Shown here: in pieces, positions 1 to 8,882 of the stretch | Position numbering within the stretch: the stretch's first letter is position 1 | Layout of the letters: every line of letters starts with the position of its first letter | Source: Candidatus Saccharimonadota bacterium | GTDB lineage: Bacteria; Patescibacteriota; Saccharimonadia; Saccharimonadales; JAXHNE01 | DNA: 64,000 nucleotides | Direction of reading: 5' to 3' | NCBI GenBank assembly: GCA_034520885.1 | Contig: JAXHNE010000004.1 | Span: 9,983-73,982, forward strand | Translations under genes and position numbers: made by a program | Notes under the pieces: generated by a model | What the model saw: only the letters and a program-made list of their open reading frames with translations | What the model was told of the DNA's origin: nothing | Database searches by the model: none

Positions 1-1
1 T

Positions 2-487
2 AGGGCAAGTATTGACGCTTTTGCCTCGGCCGCCAATGACGGTCACCTACGAGGAGTCCATGCGATTACCAACCGGAGTGGGGATGGAGGAGCAATGATT
101 GCTGGTCTAGTGTCTGCAGCAATTAATATTTCTATTGAAGGGGTGGAGTCACTTTATGCGTATCCACAAAAAAGATCGGAACGAAAACCGAGCGGGGTAA
201 TGAGTGCGAGAATCCTTGAAAATTTGATCACTATTCGAGGAATTAACCCCGGTAAAAAGGACGAGTCGTTGGCGGTCGCATTCATCGGCGATAAACCGTC
301 CGATATACAAGAAGCGCAACTCATGCATAATGATTTCGGTTTTCCCGTGGTCGGTTTTATGGTTCCCCGTCTTGGGGGCAGCGACCACCCCCTAGATAGA
401 CTTTTTGGAAAGCGAATGAGTGCGAATTCCGTGCGGGAGCAGTTAAGCTCGACGGCGCTTAAACGATACATAAAGGAGGAAGTGTAA
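2..487 (+). CDS. HAD-superfamily phosphatase, 5'-truncated by the window edge (GmhB/histidinol-phosphatase-like)
   Basis: The frame is open from position 2, and the first ATG is at 95. The translation contains TNRSGDG (like the HAD NQSG motif) and FIGDKPSDIQEA (HAD motif III, GDxxxD). The stop overlaps the thrS start at 487. Confidence 0.4.
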   Translation, partial: RASIDAFASAANDGHLRGVHAITNRSGDGGAMIAGLVSAAINISIEGVESLYAYPQKRSERKPSGVMSARILENLITIRGINPGKKDESLAVAFIGDKPSDIQEAQLMHNDFGFPVVGFMVPRLGGSDHPLDRLFGKRMSANSVREQLSSTALKRYIKEEV

Positions 488-2355
488 TGAGTGAAAAACA
501 GGATAAGTTGTATGCAATGCGGCATAGTTTGGCGCATATTATGGCAACCGCCGTTACGCGGCTGTGGCCGAAAGTAAAGCTGGGCGTCGGCCCGGTAGTG
601 GAAACCGGTTTTTACTACGACATCGATCTGGGTGACAAGCACCTTTCGGAGGAAGATTTTGAGAAGATCGAAGCCGAAATGCACAAAATCATCAAGGAAG
701 ACCAACCCTTTGAAAAGTCCGAAAAACCCATAGACGACGCCATTTTATGGGCCAGGGAAAACAACCAACCCTATAAGGAAGAGCTACTAAATGACTTAAA
801 ACGCGAAGGTACTACTCTGGCCAGTGAGCTGGACGCCGCTACCATGGGTATCGGGTTGCCAGCGGGTATTACCGGCGCTACGCCGGCCAAAGCGCGCGTC
901 GGTGACGTGTCGTTTTATACCAACGGTGACTTTACCGATTTGTGCCGCGGGCCGCACGTGGAATCCACCGGAAAAGTCGGTGCTTTTAAATTGATGCGCG
1001 TGGCCGGTGCCTACTGGCGCGGCGATGAAAACAAACCGCAAATGCAGCGACTGTACGGCGTAGCCTTTGATACGCCAAAGGAACTCCGCCAACATCTGGA
1101 TATGCTAGAAGAGGCCAAAAAACGTGACCATCGTAAACTTGGCCAGGAACTGGACTTATTCGTGATATCCGACCTCGTCGGGCCCGGTCTACCGCTGTTT
1201 ACGCCGCGTGGCACCATTTTGCGGGACGAACTCGGCAAATTCACGCAAGAACTTCGATCCGCGAACGGTTTCAAGCGGATCCATACTCCAAGTATCGCCA
1301 AACGAGATCTGTACAAAACCAGCGGGCACTGGGATAAGTTCGGCAACGAACTGTTTTTGGTGACCAGTCAGGAATCCAGCGAGGAGTTCGTGTTGCGCCC
1401 GATGAACTGCCCGCACCATATTCAAATTTATGCCTCCGCGCCGCGAAGCTATAAGGATCTCCCCTTAAAATACATGGAAAATGCCTCTGATTATCGGGAC
1501 GAAAAAACCGGAGAATTACACGGTTTAAGCCGCGTGCGTGCCTTTACGCAAGACGATAGCCACGTATTTGCTCGGGAGGATCAAATAAAAGAGGTGGCGA
1601 CCGAGTTGGTCGAAGCCGCCAATGACATGTATAAACAGCTGGATATGCGGCTTCAGTTTCGTCTGAGTTTCCGGGACGAAAGCGAAGGATATCTGGGCGA
1701 TCCCCGGCTATGGGAGCAAGCCCAAGCCAGGATTGAAGAGCTCGCCCAAGAAAACGATCTGGATTACTTCGTGGAAGAAGGTGAAGCGGCCTTTTACGGT
1801 CCGAAAATCGACTTTTTAGCGACGGATGCTTTGGGTCGACAGTGGCAAGTGGCCACGGTACAGCTGGACTTCGTTCAGCCCAATCGTTTTGAGCTGGAAT
1901 ACGTGAACGAAAAGGGTGAGCCGGCAACTCCCGTAATGATACATTGCGCGCTACTGGGTTCCATTGAGCGCTTTTTGTCCGTGTACATCGAGCATACGGC
2001 CGGAAAGTTTCCGGTTTGGTTAGCTCCGGAACAGGTGCGCATTATTACGGTAAATCAGGAGGATGAAACCATCGCTTTTGCCAACAAAGTGGTTGAGCAA
2101 GCCAATGAATTGGGGTTACGCGTGGAGCTGGATAACTCTCACGAATCGGTCGGCAAAAAAATTAGAAACGCCGAAGTTATGAAGGTGCCTTACACCATTG
2201 TTTTAGGCGAAAAAGAAATTCAGTCCGGCGAAGTCGTGCCCCGCGTTCGCGGCGATATGGAAGTGCAAAAACCGCATGCAGCTCACGAGGTAGAAAAATT
2301 CTTAAAATCCGTCACCAACGAAGCCAAATCCCGCACCACAAAATCCAGCCTATGA
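487..2355 (+). CDS. thrS: threonyl-tRNA synthetase (lacks N-terminal TGS domain)
   Basis: 622 aa. It carries the HxxxH editing motif (MRHSLAHIMATAVTRLWP), the class II core (FRDE, GLSRVRAFTQDDSHVF) and an anticodon-binding C-terminus. It aligns with E. coli ThrRS from residue ~70 onward. Confidence 0.95.
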   Translation: MSEKQDKLYAMRHSLAHIMATAVTRLWPKVKLGVGPVVETGFYYDIDLGDKHLSEEDFEKIEAEMHKIIKEDQPFEKSEKPIDDAILWARENNQPYKEELLNDLKREGTTLASELDAATMGIGLPAGITGATPAKARVGDVSFYTNGDFTDLCRGPHVESTGKVGAFKLMRVAGAYWRGDENKPQMQRLYGVAFDTPKELRQHLDMLEEAKKRDHRKLGQELDLFVISDLVGPGLPLFTPRGTILRDELGKFTQELRSANGFKRIHTPSIAKRDLYKTSGHWDKFGNELFLVTSQESSEEFVLRPMNCPHHIQIYASAPRSYKDLPLKYMENASDYRDEKTGELHGLSRVRAFTQDDSHVFAREDQIKEVATELVEAANDMYKQLDMRLQFRLSFRDESEGYLGDPRLWEQAQARIEELAQENDLDYFVEEGEAAFYGPKIDFLATDALGRQWQVATVQLDFVQPNRFELEYVNEKGEPATPVMIHCALLGSIERFLSVYIEHTAGKFPVWLAPEQVRIITVNQEDETIAFANKVVEQANELGLRVELDNSHESVGKKIRNAEVMKVPYTIVLGEKEIQSGEVVPRVRGDMEVQKPHAAHEVEKFLKSVTNEAKSRTTKSSL

Positions 2356-2630
2356 AAAAACTCAATAACTACTACAAATTAGCAGTCGTTTCGGGAGCCG
2401 CTGTGCTGTTATCCGGCACTTTGCTCATTTTTATTTTTATGGATATGTATAAAATTTCAGACGAAACCCTGAATGCTACGAACGTGGAAAAACGGGTGGC
2501 AAGCGAGAAGCTGGATAATTATCAAACATATACGAGAATTTTAATGCCGGTGATTGGGGTTGCGTTCGTGGCCTTTATCGTTTTTGCGGTTTTGGGTTTT
2601 TATCGTGAACCATCAAATTCGAAAAAGTGA
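2352..2630 (+). CDS. small membrane protein (2 TM), hypothetical
   Basis: 92 aa with two hydrophobic segments. Its start ATGA overlaps the thrS stop. It overlaps the next ORF. Confidence 0.35.
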   Translation: MKKLNNYYKLAVVSGAAVLLSGTLLIFIFMDMYKISDETLNATNVEKRVASEKLDNYQTYTRILMPVIGVAFVAFIVFAVLGFYREPSNSKK

Positions 2631-3744
2631 CTTTCGCAAGGAAGTAGAGATCTTGGTGGCGCGAATTCCCAAAGGGCGGGTGATGACTTACGGGCAGTTG
2701 GCGGCGCTTTGCGGACGGCCGCGGGCAGCCCGAATTGTCGGCGGAATAGCTCACTTTGGCGACCCTGAGTTGCCCTGGCACAGAGTCGTCAACAAACAAG
2801 GCGGACTTGCCAGCGGCTACCCCGGAGGCAAGTTTGCCCACCAGCAACATCTAGAGAGTGAAGGCGTCGAGGTGTCCGATGATTATTGTGTTGACGTAAA
2901 AAAGTTACTATGGCGCCCAGGTGACGTAGAAGCTAGTGCTATGGTGCTAAATTCCAACTTCCAACGTCCAACCCCTAAACCACCTTTGGTGGTTATAGTG
3001 GGGCCGACGGCGAGCGGGAAGTCAGCACTGGGTATGCAGCTGGCTAAGAAGTTTGGCGGAGAAATAATCTGTGCGGATTCACGCACTGTTTACAAAGGCT
3101 TGGATATAGGCACGGCCAAACCGAGCCAAGAAGACCAAGAAACGATACCGCATCACTTACTGGACGTAGTGGATCCCGGCGAATCGTTTAATGTAGTGGA
3201 TTTTAAGCGTTTGGCGAACCAAGCGATTAACGAAATTTCCGCACGAGGTAAGTTGCCGATAATGGTCGGCGGAAGCGGGCTCTACACTGACGCCGTACTT
3301 TTTGATTATGAGTTTTCCGCACCATCGGCTCCACGCGACCCGCAAAATCCCCGGCACCTGCACAAGGAAGCGCCGCGCTCGCGAAAACCGCTTCGCCCCG
3401 ATACGTTAATTATAGGTACGTCCATGGAACGGCACGAGCTGAAAAAACGAATTTCCAAGCGGGTGGAAGGTATGATTGAAGCCGGGCTGGCTGAAGAAGT
3501 AAGATGGCTCGCACAAAAATTCCCCGAGTCAAAAGCACTGCAAGCCCCGGGATACAGAGCGGTTTTACGTTACTTTGAAAACGATATTTCCCTGCAGGAA
3601 GCCAAGAATTTGTTCATCCAAAATGACTACCGGCTCGCTAAGCGGCAAATGACATGGTTCGGGCGTAACGAATATATTCAATGGGCCAAAGACCAGAGGC
3701 AGGCTGTAGAGTTTGCAACAACATTTTTGTACAAATATCGGTAG
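2554..3744 (+). CDS. miaA: single ORF encoding an N-terminal Atl-like alkyltransferase-like DNA-binding domain (PWHRVV, Cys replaced by Trp) fused in frame to tRNA dimethylallyltransferase MiaA
   Basis: The N-terminal part reads IPKGRVMTYGQLAALCGRPRAARIVGGIAHFGDPELPWHRVVN, an MGMT/Atl fold with W in place of the active-site C. From about aa 140 it reads VVIVGPTASGKSALGMQLAKKFGGEIICADSRTVYKGLDIGTAKP...HHLLDVVDP, the MiaA P-loop and DSxQ(V)YxGLDIGTAKP motifs. No stop separates the two parts. The true start is probably GTG ~2608 or ATG 2683. Confidence 0.75.
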   Translation: MGLRSWPLSFLRFWVFIVNHQIRKSDFRKEVEILVARIPKGRVMTYGQLAALCGRPRAARIVGGIAHFGDPELPWHRVVNKQGGLASGYPGGKFAHQQHLESEGVEVSDDYCVDVKKLLWRPGDVEASAMVLNSNFQRPTPKPPLVVIVGPTASGKSALGMQLAKKFGGEIICADSRTVYKGLDIGTAKPSQEDQETIPHHLLDVVDPGESFNVVDFKRLANQAINEISARGKLPIMVGGSGLYTDAVLFDYEFSAPSAPRDPQNPRHLHKEAPRSRKPLRPDTLIIGTSMERHELKKRISKRVEGMIEAGLAEEVRWLAQKFPESKALQAPGYRAVLRYFENDISLQEAKNLFIQNDYRLAKRQMTWFGRNEYIQWAKDQRQAVEFATTFLYKYR

Positions 3745-3775
3745 ATGCCGGGTATTTATCTGTTACAATGGATCC

Positions 3776-4444
3776 ATGATCGAGCAACTTTTTGGGTCGA
3801 AAACACGCGTAAAACTACTGCAATTATTCTACAGCCACCCCAACCGGTCTTTTTACGTACGTGAAATTACTCGCAAAATCGAGGAACAAATAAATTCCGT
3901 ACGCAGGGAGTTATCCAACTTGCTGAGCGTCGGTCTCATTAAGTCTTCGACTCACAACAACCGTTTGTATTACGAAGTCAACCAAGATTATGAGTTTTAT
4001 GAAGCACTGTCTCAAATTTTCGGTAAAGGCGTAACCGCCACGAAGAAGGCCGACCAAGCAGAGCCGAGCGAGGTCAGCGATATCAAGGAGCTGGGCAACG
4101 TAAGCTTGGCATTTTACACCGGGCAATTTACCCGGGATAACTTAGCGGGCGTGGACTTGGTTATCGTCGGAGATGTAAACCAGACGAAGGTAGAGAAGTT
4201 CGTGGCGGATATGGAGCAAAAAGAAGGCAAAGAGATTCGCTTTGCGGTAATGACCATGGATGAATTCCAGTATCGTCAGCAAGTGAACGACCGGTTCATT
4301 ACGTTGGCGGAAGATGCCAAAAAACAAGTGGTGATCGACAAGGAGAATATTTATACCGAAAATCCGGACAAAGAGCCGCAACCCGCCAAAAAAGAAGAAA
4401 CCTCCAAACGCAAACCAAGCAAGAAAACCAAATCAAAGGAGTAA
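3776..4444 (+). CDS. winged-helix DNA-binding protein with Lys-rich C-terminal tail (hypothetical regulator)
   Basis: The ATG is at 3776 (MIEQLFGSKTRVKLLQLFYS...REITRKIEEQINSVRRELSNLLSVGLI). The wHTH-like N-terminus is paralogous to ORF 53555. The tail is rich in K/E. Confidence 0.5.
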   Translation: MIEQLFGSKTRVKLLQLFYSHPNRSFYVREITRKIEEQINSVRRELSNLLSVGLIKSSTHNNRLYYEVNQDYEFYEALSQIFGKGVTATKKADQAEPSEVSDIKELGNVSLAFYTGQFTRDNLAGVDLVIVGDVNQTKVEKFVADMEQKEGKEIRFAVMTMDEFQYRQQVNDRFITLAEDAKKQVVIDKENIYTENPDKEPQPAKKEETSKRKPSKKTKSKE

Positions 4445-4447
4445 AAG

Positions 4448-5074
4448 ATGGAAATTCAATATTTCGGCGCTAATTGCATTCGAATTGTTTACAAAAAAAC
4501 CGGTTTCGTCATTGATGACAATCTCAGTGAACTCGGCCTAAATCCCGTCACCAAAGAAGGAGACGTGTTTTTAAGAACGCACGGTGAGTTCACGCCGAAT
4601 AAAAAACCAAAGCTAGTCGTTGACGGTCCCGGTGAATATGAAGTCTCTGACGTGTCCGTTAAAGCCATTGCCGCGCGTGCGCACATGGACGAAGAAGGGA
4701 AGAACGCAGCGACAATGTTCAAGCTGGATATCGCCGACGTGCGTATTGCCGTTACCGGGCACATTTATCCCGAGCTTACCGACGAACAGTTGGAAGAAAT
4801 GGGCACGGTTGACATGCTAATCGTCCCGGTCGGGAATGCCGGGTATACGCTGGATGCCATCGGCGCGGGTAAGATTATTAAAAAATTCGAGCCTAAAATC
4901 GTGATTCCGACGCACTACGCCGATAAAGCAGTGAAATACGAAGTACCACAAACGTCACTGGAAGACGCCATTAAAGAGTTGCCCTTTGAAATGAAGGAAA
5001 AAGTCGCCAAGTTCAAGGTGAAACATTCCGATATCCCGGATATTCCCGAAATCGTTATTCTCGAAAGGCAGTAA
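4448..5074 (+). CDS. metallo-beta-lactamase-fold hydrolase (UPF0173/UlaG-like)
   Basis: 208 aa. Pattern: VTGHIYPELT...DMLIVPVGNAGYTLDA...IVIPTHY, as in MBL-fold metal-dependent hydrolases. Confidence 0.65.
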   Translation: MEIQYFGANCIRIVYKKTGFVIDDNLSELGLNPVTKEGDVFLRTHGEFTPNKKPKLVVDGPGEYEVSDVSVKAIAARAHMDEEGKNAATMFKLDIADVRIAVTGHIYPELTDEQLEEMGTVDMLIVPVGNAGYTLDAIGAGKIIKKFEPKIVIPTHYADKAVKYEVPQTSLEDAIKELPFEMKEKVAKFKVKHSDIPDIPEIVILERQ

Positions 5075-5091
5075 TCGCCGCGACTTTAATA

Positions 5092-5121
5092 AAAAAACTC
5101 CTCATTTCCGAGGAGTTTTTT
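5092..5121. terminator. bidirectional rho-independent terminator between convergent MBL gene and rpmB
   Basis: Hairpin aaactcctc-atttccg-aggagttt flanked by A-run on one side and T-run on the other. Confidence 0.7.
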
Positions 5122-5143
5122 GCGTGTTTTGAAAAGCCTAGAG

Positions 5144-5338
5144 CTAGTTAGCGATTAATCCCTTTTTCTTGAGGGTGCGAATGGCTTGCGTGCTGAGCTT
5201 CATCTTGGTCTTTTTTCCGTCAACCATAACCGTTTTCGTCTGGAGGTTCGGTTTCCAGGTCTTTTTGGTGTGGCGCTGCGAAAAACTGACATTACTGCCG
5301 TATTGTTTGCCTTTACCGGTAAGTTCGCATCTTTGCAT
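5144..5338 (-). CDS. rpmB: 50S ribosomal protein L28
   Basis: 64 aa: MQRCELTGKGKQYGSNVSFSQRHTKKTWKPNLQTK... is the canonical L28 signature. Confidence 0.9.
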   Translation of the reverse strand: MQRCELTGKGKQYGSNVSFSQRHTKKTWKPNLQTKTVMVDGKKTKMKLSTQAIRTLKKKGLIAN

Positions 5339-5503
5339 GGTTAATCCTTTACCTCTTCGGATTTATTGAGATTCAAGGGATGATTGTACCGACAAACCCC
5401 TTAAAAGTCAACACATCATATGCCGCGCCGGCCGGGAAAAACGTTACCTTATCTACCTTTCGTTCCTGCCCGTACCGAACTTATCAAAAATATCGATGAT
5501 AAA

Positions 5504-5541
5504 TTACCACAAACATGTCCGATCGGACATGTTTGTGGTAA
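5504..5541. repeat. 38 bp perfect palindrome (17 bp arms around GATC) followed by T-rich tract
   Basis: ttaccacaaacatgtcc gatc ggacatgtttgtggtaa, then tgttttttagtttttatttttt. It lies between divergent rpmB and the S2P gene. Confidence 0.8.
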
Positions 5542-5603
5542 TGTTTTTTAGTTTTTATTTTTTGGGGCGGGCGGTCGGGCAGTGGCTGGTATACTGGTGA
5601 GGT

Positions 5604-6230
5604 ATGTTTGATAGCAATATTACCATTATGGTCATTGCCATTGCTTGTATTTTGGTGTCCATGACGCTTCACGAAGCCATGCACGCCTACAGTAGTTATT
5701 GGCTCGGGGATGACACCGCCAAACTACAAGGAAGACTCTCACTCAACCCGTTAAAACATATTGATCCGATTTTAACGATTGCCATACCGGCGCTTCTAGC
5801 GTTATCCGGCGGCCCGATATTCGGTGCCGCCCGCCCGGTGCCGTTTAACCCGTTTCGGGTGAAGTTCGAGGAGTTCGGAGCGGCCCTAGTCGGTATTGCC
5901 GGGCCGCTGACCAACCTGGTGTTAGCCTTGGCCGGAGCGGGAATTTTGCGATTGTTTATCGGCGACATGTCGCAAACGGTGATAAATGTTTTCGTGATAT
6001 TCATCCAGGTGAATATCGGCTTTTTCGTGTTTAATATGATTCCGTTCCCACCACTGGACGGCTCGCGGGTTTTTTACGCGGTCGCGCCCGAACCCGTGCA
6101 AAACGTTATGCGCACCATCGAGTCGTTCGGTTTGATGGGGTTGTTTTTGTTCTTGTTCGTTGCGCTACCAGTGATTTCTCCGGTGCTGAGCTCTATTATG
6201 CGAAGCATCACGAATTACTTGCTTCTTTAG
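5604..6230 (+). CDS. site-2 protease family (M50) integral-membrane zinc metalloprotease
   Basis: 208 aa with multiple TM segments. It carries HEAMHAYSSYWLGDDTA (HExxH in TM1) and LGDDTAKLQGRLSLNPLKHIDP, typical of COG1994/S2P. Confidence 0.7.
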   Translation: MFDSNITIMVIAIACILVSMTLHEAMHAYSSYWLGDDTAKLQGRLSLNPLKHIDPILTIAIPALLALSGGPIFGAARPVPFNPFRVKFEEFGAALVGIAGPLTNLVLALAGAGILRLFIGDMSQTVINVFVIFIQVNIGFFVFNMIPFPPLDGSRVFYAVAPEPVQNVMRTIESFGLMGLFLFLFVALPVISPVLSSIMRSITNYLLL

Positions 6231-6445
6231 CTCGTAATTAGTAGAGTTCGTGGTGGTGCTTAGCGCCGGATCGGCCAAAATGATAATCTGAACACTTATC
6301 ATAAAGGGAGCTCAATATTCGTATGTCGCCGTGGCGGCATCGTGCGGGCACCCACCTGGGAAACGACCAGGTTGTCATGGCCGATCTAGCAGTAAGCATA
6401 AAAATCCTCCGTGGCTTCGCAAAAAAAAGCGAAGCGACGGAGGAT

Positions 6446-6521
6446 GGTCGGGGATGCGGGATTTGAACCCACGACCTCACGGCCCCCAGCCGTGCGCGCT
6501 ACCGAGCTGCGCCAATCCCCG
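6446..6521 (-). tRNA. tRNA-Pro (anticodon GGG)
   Basis: The reverse complement folds as a cloverleaf: GGGGATT/GG/CGCA-GCTCGGTA-GCGC/G/CACGG-CTGGGGG-CCGTG/AGGTC/GTGGG-TTCAAAT-CCCGC/ATCCCCG/A-CCA. The anticodon is GGG with U33 and G37. CCA is encoded. Confidence 0.9.
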
Positions 6522-6630
6522 ATGATCTACATTTTATAGCATCAATACGTAATCACCATGATTTTTCCCGGTAGTGGTTCGTGATCAAACTAGTAGCGTT
6601 TACGTATGCAGTATCTGTTAAAATGTAAGC

Positions 6631-7311
6631 ATGTGGCAGGAGAAAAACCAAAAATTATATAAGAAGTTCACTTTTAAGGACTTTGTTGAGGCGTTGGACT
6701 TTATTAACCGGGTGGGCGCGATGGCCGAGGAACATAGTCATCACCCGACCATCGAAAACACGTTTAACACCGTAGAATTGAAGCTCAGCACTCACGACGC
6801 CGGCGATAAGGTCACCGAAAAAGATAAAAAACTCGCCAAGGCGATTGATGAGCTTTTGCGGGAAGAAGCTGACGAAAAAGAGGAGAGTACCTCTCCCCAT
6901 AACGGAAAAGTCAAACTGTATTGCGATGGCGGATCACGCGGCAACCCCGGACCGTCGGCGGCCGGGTACGTACTGCTGAACAAAGACGACCAGGTGATCC
7001 ATAAAAGCGGGGTATACCTGGGGGTCACGACCAATAATCAGGCGGAATACCAATCTTTAAAATTCGGCCTGGAGGAAGCGCAAAAACAGGGTGCTCACCA
7101 CGTTGACGTATTCATGGACAGCATGCTGGTAGTCAATCAAATGACCGGAAAGTTCAAAATAAAAAATCGTGATCTGTGGCCGATACATCACTCCATTAAG
7201 GAACTAAGCCAGGAATTTAAAAAGGTGAATTATTCCCATGTGCCGCGAGAACTCAATAAACTGGCCGACGCCGAAGTAAACGTCGTACTTGACGCACAAA
7301 AAAACACCTAG
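6631..7311 (+). CDS. rnhA: fusion of pterin-4a-carbinolamine dehydratase (PCD/DCoH)-like domain and RNase HI
   Basis: N-terminus: FKDFVEALDFINRVGAMAEEHSHHPTIENTFNTVELKLSTHDAGDKVTEKD ([E]xHHP...THD, the PCD signature). C-terminus: KLYCDGGSRGNPGPSAAGYVL...TNNQAEYQSLKFGLEEA...DSMLVVNQMTGKFKIKN...VPRELNKLADAEV (RNase H1 DEDD motifs). Confidence 0.75.
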   Translation: MWQEKNQKLYKKFTFKDFVEALDFINRVGAMAEEHSHHPTIENTFNTVELKLSTHDAGDKVTEKDKKLAKAIDELLREEADEKEESTSPHNGKVKLYCDGGSRGNPGPSAAGYVLLNKDDQVIHKSGVYLGVTTNNQAEYQSLKFGLEEAQKQGAHHVDVFMDSMLVVNQMTGKFKIKNRDLWPIHHSIKELSQEFKKVNYSHVPRELNKLADAEVNVVLDAQKNT

Positions 7312-7326
7312 TACGTCCAGGTGTTT

Positions 7327-7678
7327 TAGCGGTATTCTATAAGCCGGGTTCTGTTCCACCGGGAGGTGGAGCTAATCATCTATCTAGTCCGCTAATTGCT
7401 TAACGGATCGAGCGGTTCTTGTAACGCACCCCGGGCGGGAAACCGTTGTTGGGGTGCGTCTCCTTGCAGCAGGCAGGGTTTACCTCCTCCGCATGTCACC
7501 ATACGGAGCCGTGGGCTTTTACCCCACTCGTTTCACCTGTTCCACGAATGTGGAAGTTTCGTTTCTGTGGCACTTTCCCTGGAGTTTCCCCCGGTTGCTG
7601 TTAGCAACTGCCTTTCCCTGTGCTGCCCGGACTTTCCTCCTGGCTCTTAAAGAGCAGGCGATTAGCCGAATACCGCGT
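7327..7678 (-). ncRNA. rnpB: RNase P RNA, bacterial type A
   Basis: On the minus strand, P4 is present as 5' GGAGGAAAGUCCGGGC and 3' ACAGAACCCGGCUUA. AGGGAAAGUGCCACAGAAA is present. P1 forms by GCGGUAUUC/GAAUACCGC at the two ends. Length is ~350 nt. Confidence 0.85.
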
Positions 7679-7681
7679 GGA

Positions 7682-7711
7682 ATTATACAGTGAGTTTTAT
7701 AAAAACATCAA
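7682..7711 (-). promoter_or_regulatory. candidate sigma70-type promoter for rnpB (TTGATG-18-TATAAT)
   Basis: The minus strand reads ttgatg tttttataaaactcactg TATAAT, ending ~6 nt upstream of the P1 5' strand. Confidence 0.5.
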
Positions 7712-7853
7712 TGGTTTAAGAGGCATCGGGCTCGTGTCTGTGGGTAAAACCGTCAAGAAATTCAACGTCCGGCGGAACCCATTCGGGGTTCGAATCTCCA
7801 TACGACATCGTTATCTCCCTATACCTCTACCCGTTACCAGTTGGTTCTTCTTG

Positions 7854-8195
7854 CTATTTGGCGGCTTTAACGACCGCTTCGAAAGCTTTCGGTTCGTTTA
7901 CGGCCAATTCGGCAAGTACTTTTCGGTCCAGCTCCACGTTGGCTTTTTTCAGCCCGGCAATTAACTTTCCGTAGGTGGTGCCGTTTTGACGGGCGGCCGC
8001 GTTAATTCGCGCGTTCCAAAGCTGGCGAAAAGTTCGCTTGCGGTTCTTTCGGTCACGAGTGGCGTGTACCAGTGATTTGGTAATCGCTTGTTTCCCGCGG
8101 CGATAGCTGGCGCGGTGCGTCTTGGCCATGCCCTTTGTGCTTTTTCGAATATCACGCTGTTTTCGATGTTTGGTAACGCCTCGTTTCACACGCAT
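7854..8195 (-). CDS. rplT: 50S ribosomal protein L20
   Basis: 113 aa: MRVKRGVTKHRKQRDIRKSTKGMAKTHRASYRRGKQAITK... is the L20 signature. Confidence 0.95.
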   Translation of the reverse strand: MRVKRGVTKHRKQRDIRKSTKGMAKTHRASYRRGKQAITKSLVHATRDRKNRKRTFRQLWNARINAAARQNGTTYGKLIAGLKKANVELDRKVLAELAVNEPKAFEAVVKAAK

Positions 8196-8392
8196 TATTT
8201 GGCTCCCAAATTCTTCTTGATATTTTTGGCTTCTTTCCCGGTCACTTGTGCGGGGATAGAAAAGCTACGCTTGCGGGCAGCGGACTTCTTGCGCAAAAAG
8301 TGGTTGCTCATGGAACGGCCACGCAACACCTTCCCATTCTTGGTGATGCGAATACGCTGTTTGGTGCCGCTATGAGTTTTTAGCTTTGGCAT
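8195..8392 (-). CDS. rpmI: 50S ribosomal protein L35
   Basis: 65 aa: MPKLKTHSGTKQRIRITKNGKVLRGRS... Its stop overlaps the rplT start. Confidence 0.9.
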   Translation of the reverse strand: MPKLKTHSGTKQRIRITKNGKVLRGRSMSNHFLRKKSAARKRSFSIPAQVTGKEAKNIKKNLGAK

Positions 8393-8882
8393 TGGTGTTG
8401 CTCCTTATTACGAAATTTAGTTGGCGACCGGCCAGTTGCGGTTTTTGATCGACGACAATCTGATCGCCGAAGTAGTCAATAACTTTGTCAGCCAGATCGA
8501 ACCCCAAATCTTTATGGGCATTTTCCCGACCGCGGTAGAATACCGTGATCTTGGTTTTATGTCCAGCGTCCAAAAATTTCTGCACCTTCCTGAGCTTAAC
8601 CTGCAGATCATGATCGCTAATCTTGATCCCCAACCGCATTTGCTTTAGCTCGGAAGCTTTGGCGTTGCGCTTGCTTTTTTGAAGCTGCTTGGTCTTTTGA
8701 TAATTAAATTTACCCCAGTCAACAATTTTTACTACCGGTGGATCGGCGTTGGGAGAAATCTCGACGAGGTCGAGCCCATACTCAGTAGCGGTTTGTAACG
8801 CTTCGGCGCGCGACATGACCCCAAGCTGATCGCCTTGATCGTTGATGACGCGCAACTGTGGAGCTCGAATCTGCTGATTCAA
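8370..8882 (-). CDS. infC: translation initiation factor IF-3
   Basis: 170 aa. INDQGDQLGVMSRAEALQTATEYGLDLVEISPNADPPVVKIVDWGKFNYQ is the IF3 N and C domains. It has a non-ATG (TTG) start, as is usual for infC. Confidence 0.9.
   Translation of the reverse strand: MNQQIRAPQLRVINDQGDQLGVMSRAEALQTATEYGLDLVEISPNADPPVVKIVDWGKFNYQKTKQLQKSKRNAKASELKQMRLGIKISDHDLQVKLRKVQKFLDAGHKTKITVFYRGRENAHKDLGFDLADKVIDYFGDQIVVDQKPQLAGRQLNFVIRSNTNAKAKNS

Noticed and set aside
6238-6525. ORFs 6238-6480(-) and 6331-6525(+).
   Set aside because: They overlap tRNA-Pro and its flanks and have no protein-like composition.
7770-7800. GGGGTTCGAATCTCC element resembling a tRNA/tmRNA T-arm.
   Set aside because: No complementary acceptor stem, D-arm or anticodon arm can be drawn around it. 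It is more likely the stem of the L20-operon terminator hairpin (gaaccc attcg gggttc).
7396-7964. ORFs 7396-7650, 7454-7693 and 7620-7964 on the + strand.
   Set aside because: They are antisense to the RNase P RNA. The rnpB motifs (GGAAAGUCCGGGC, ACAGAACCCGGCUUA) explain this region.
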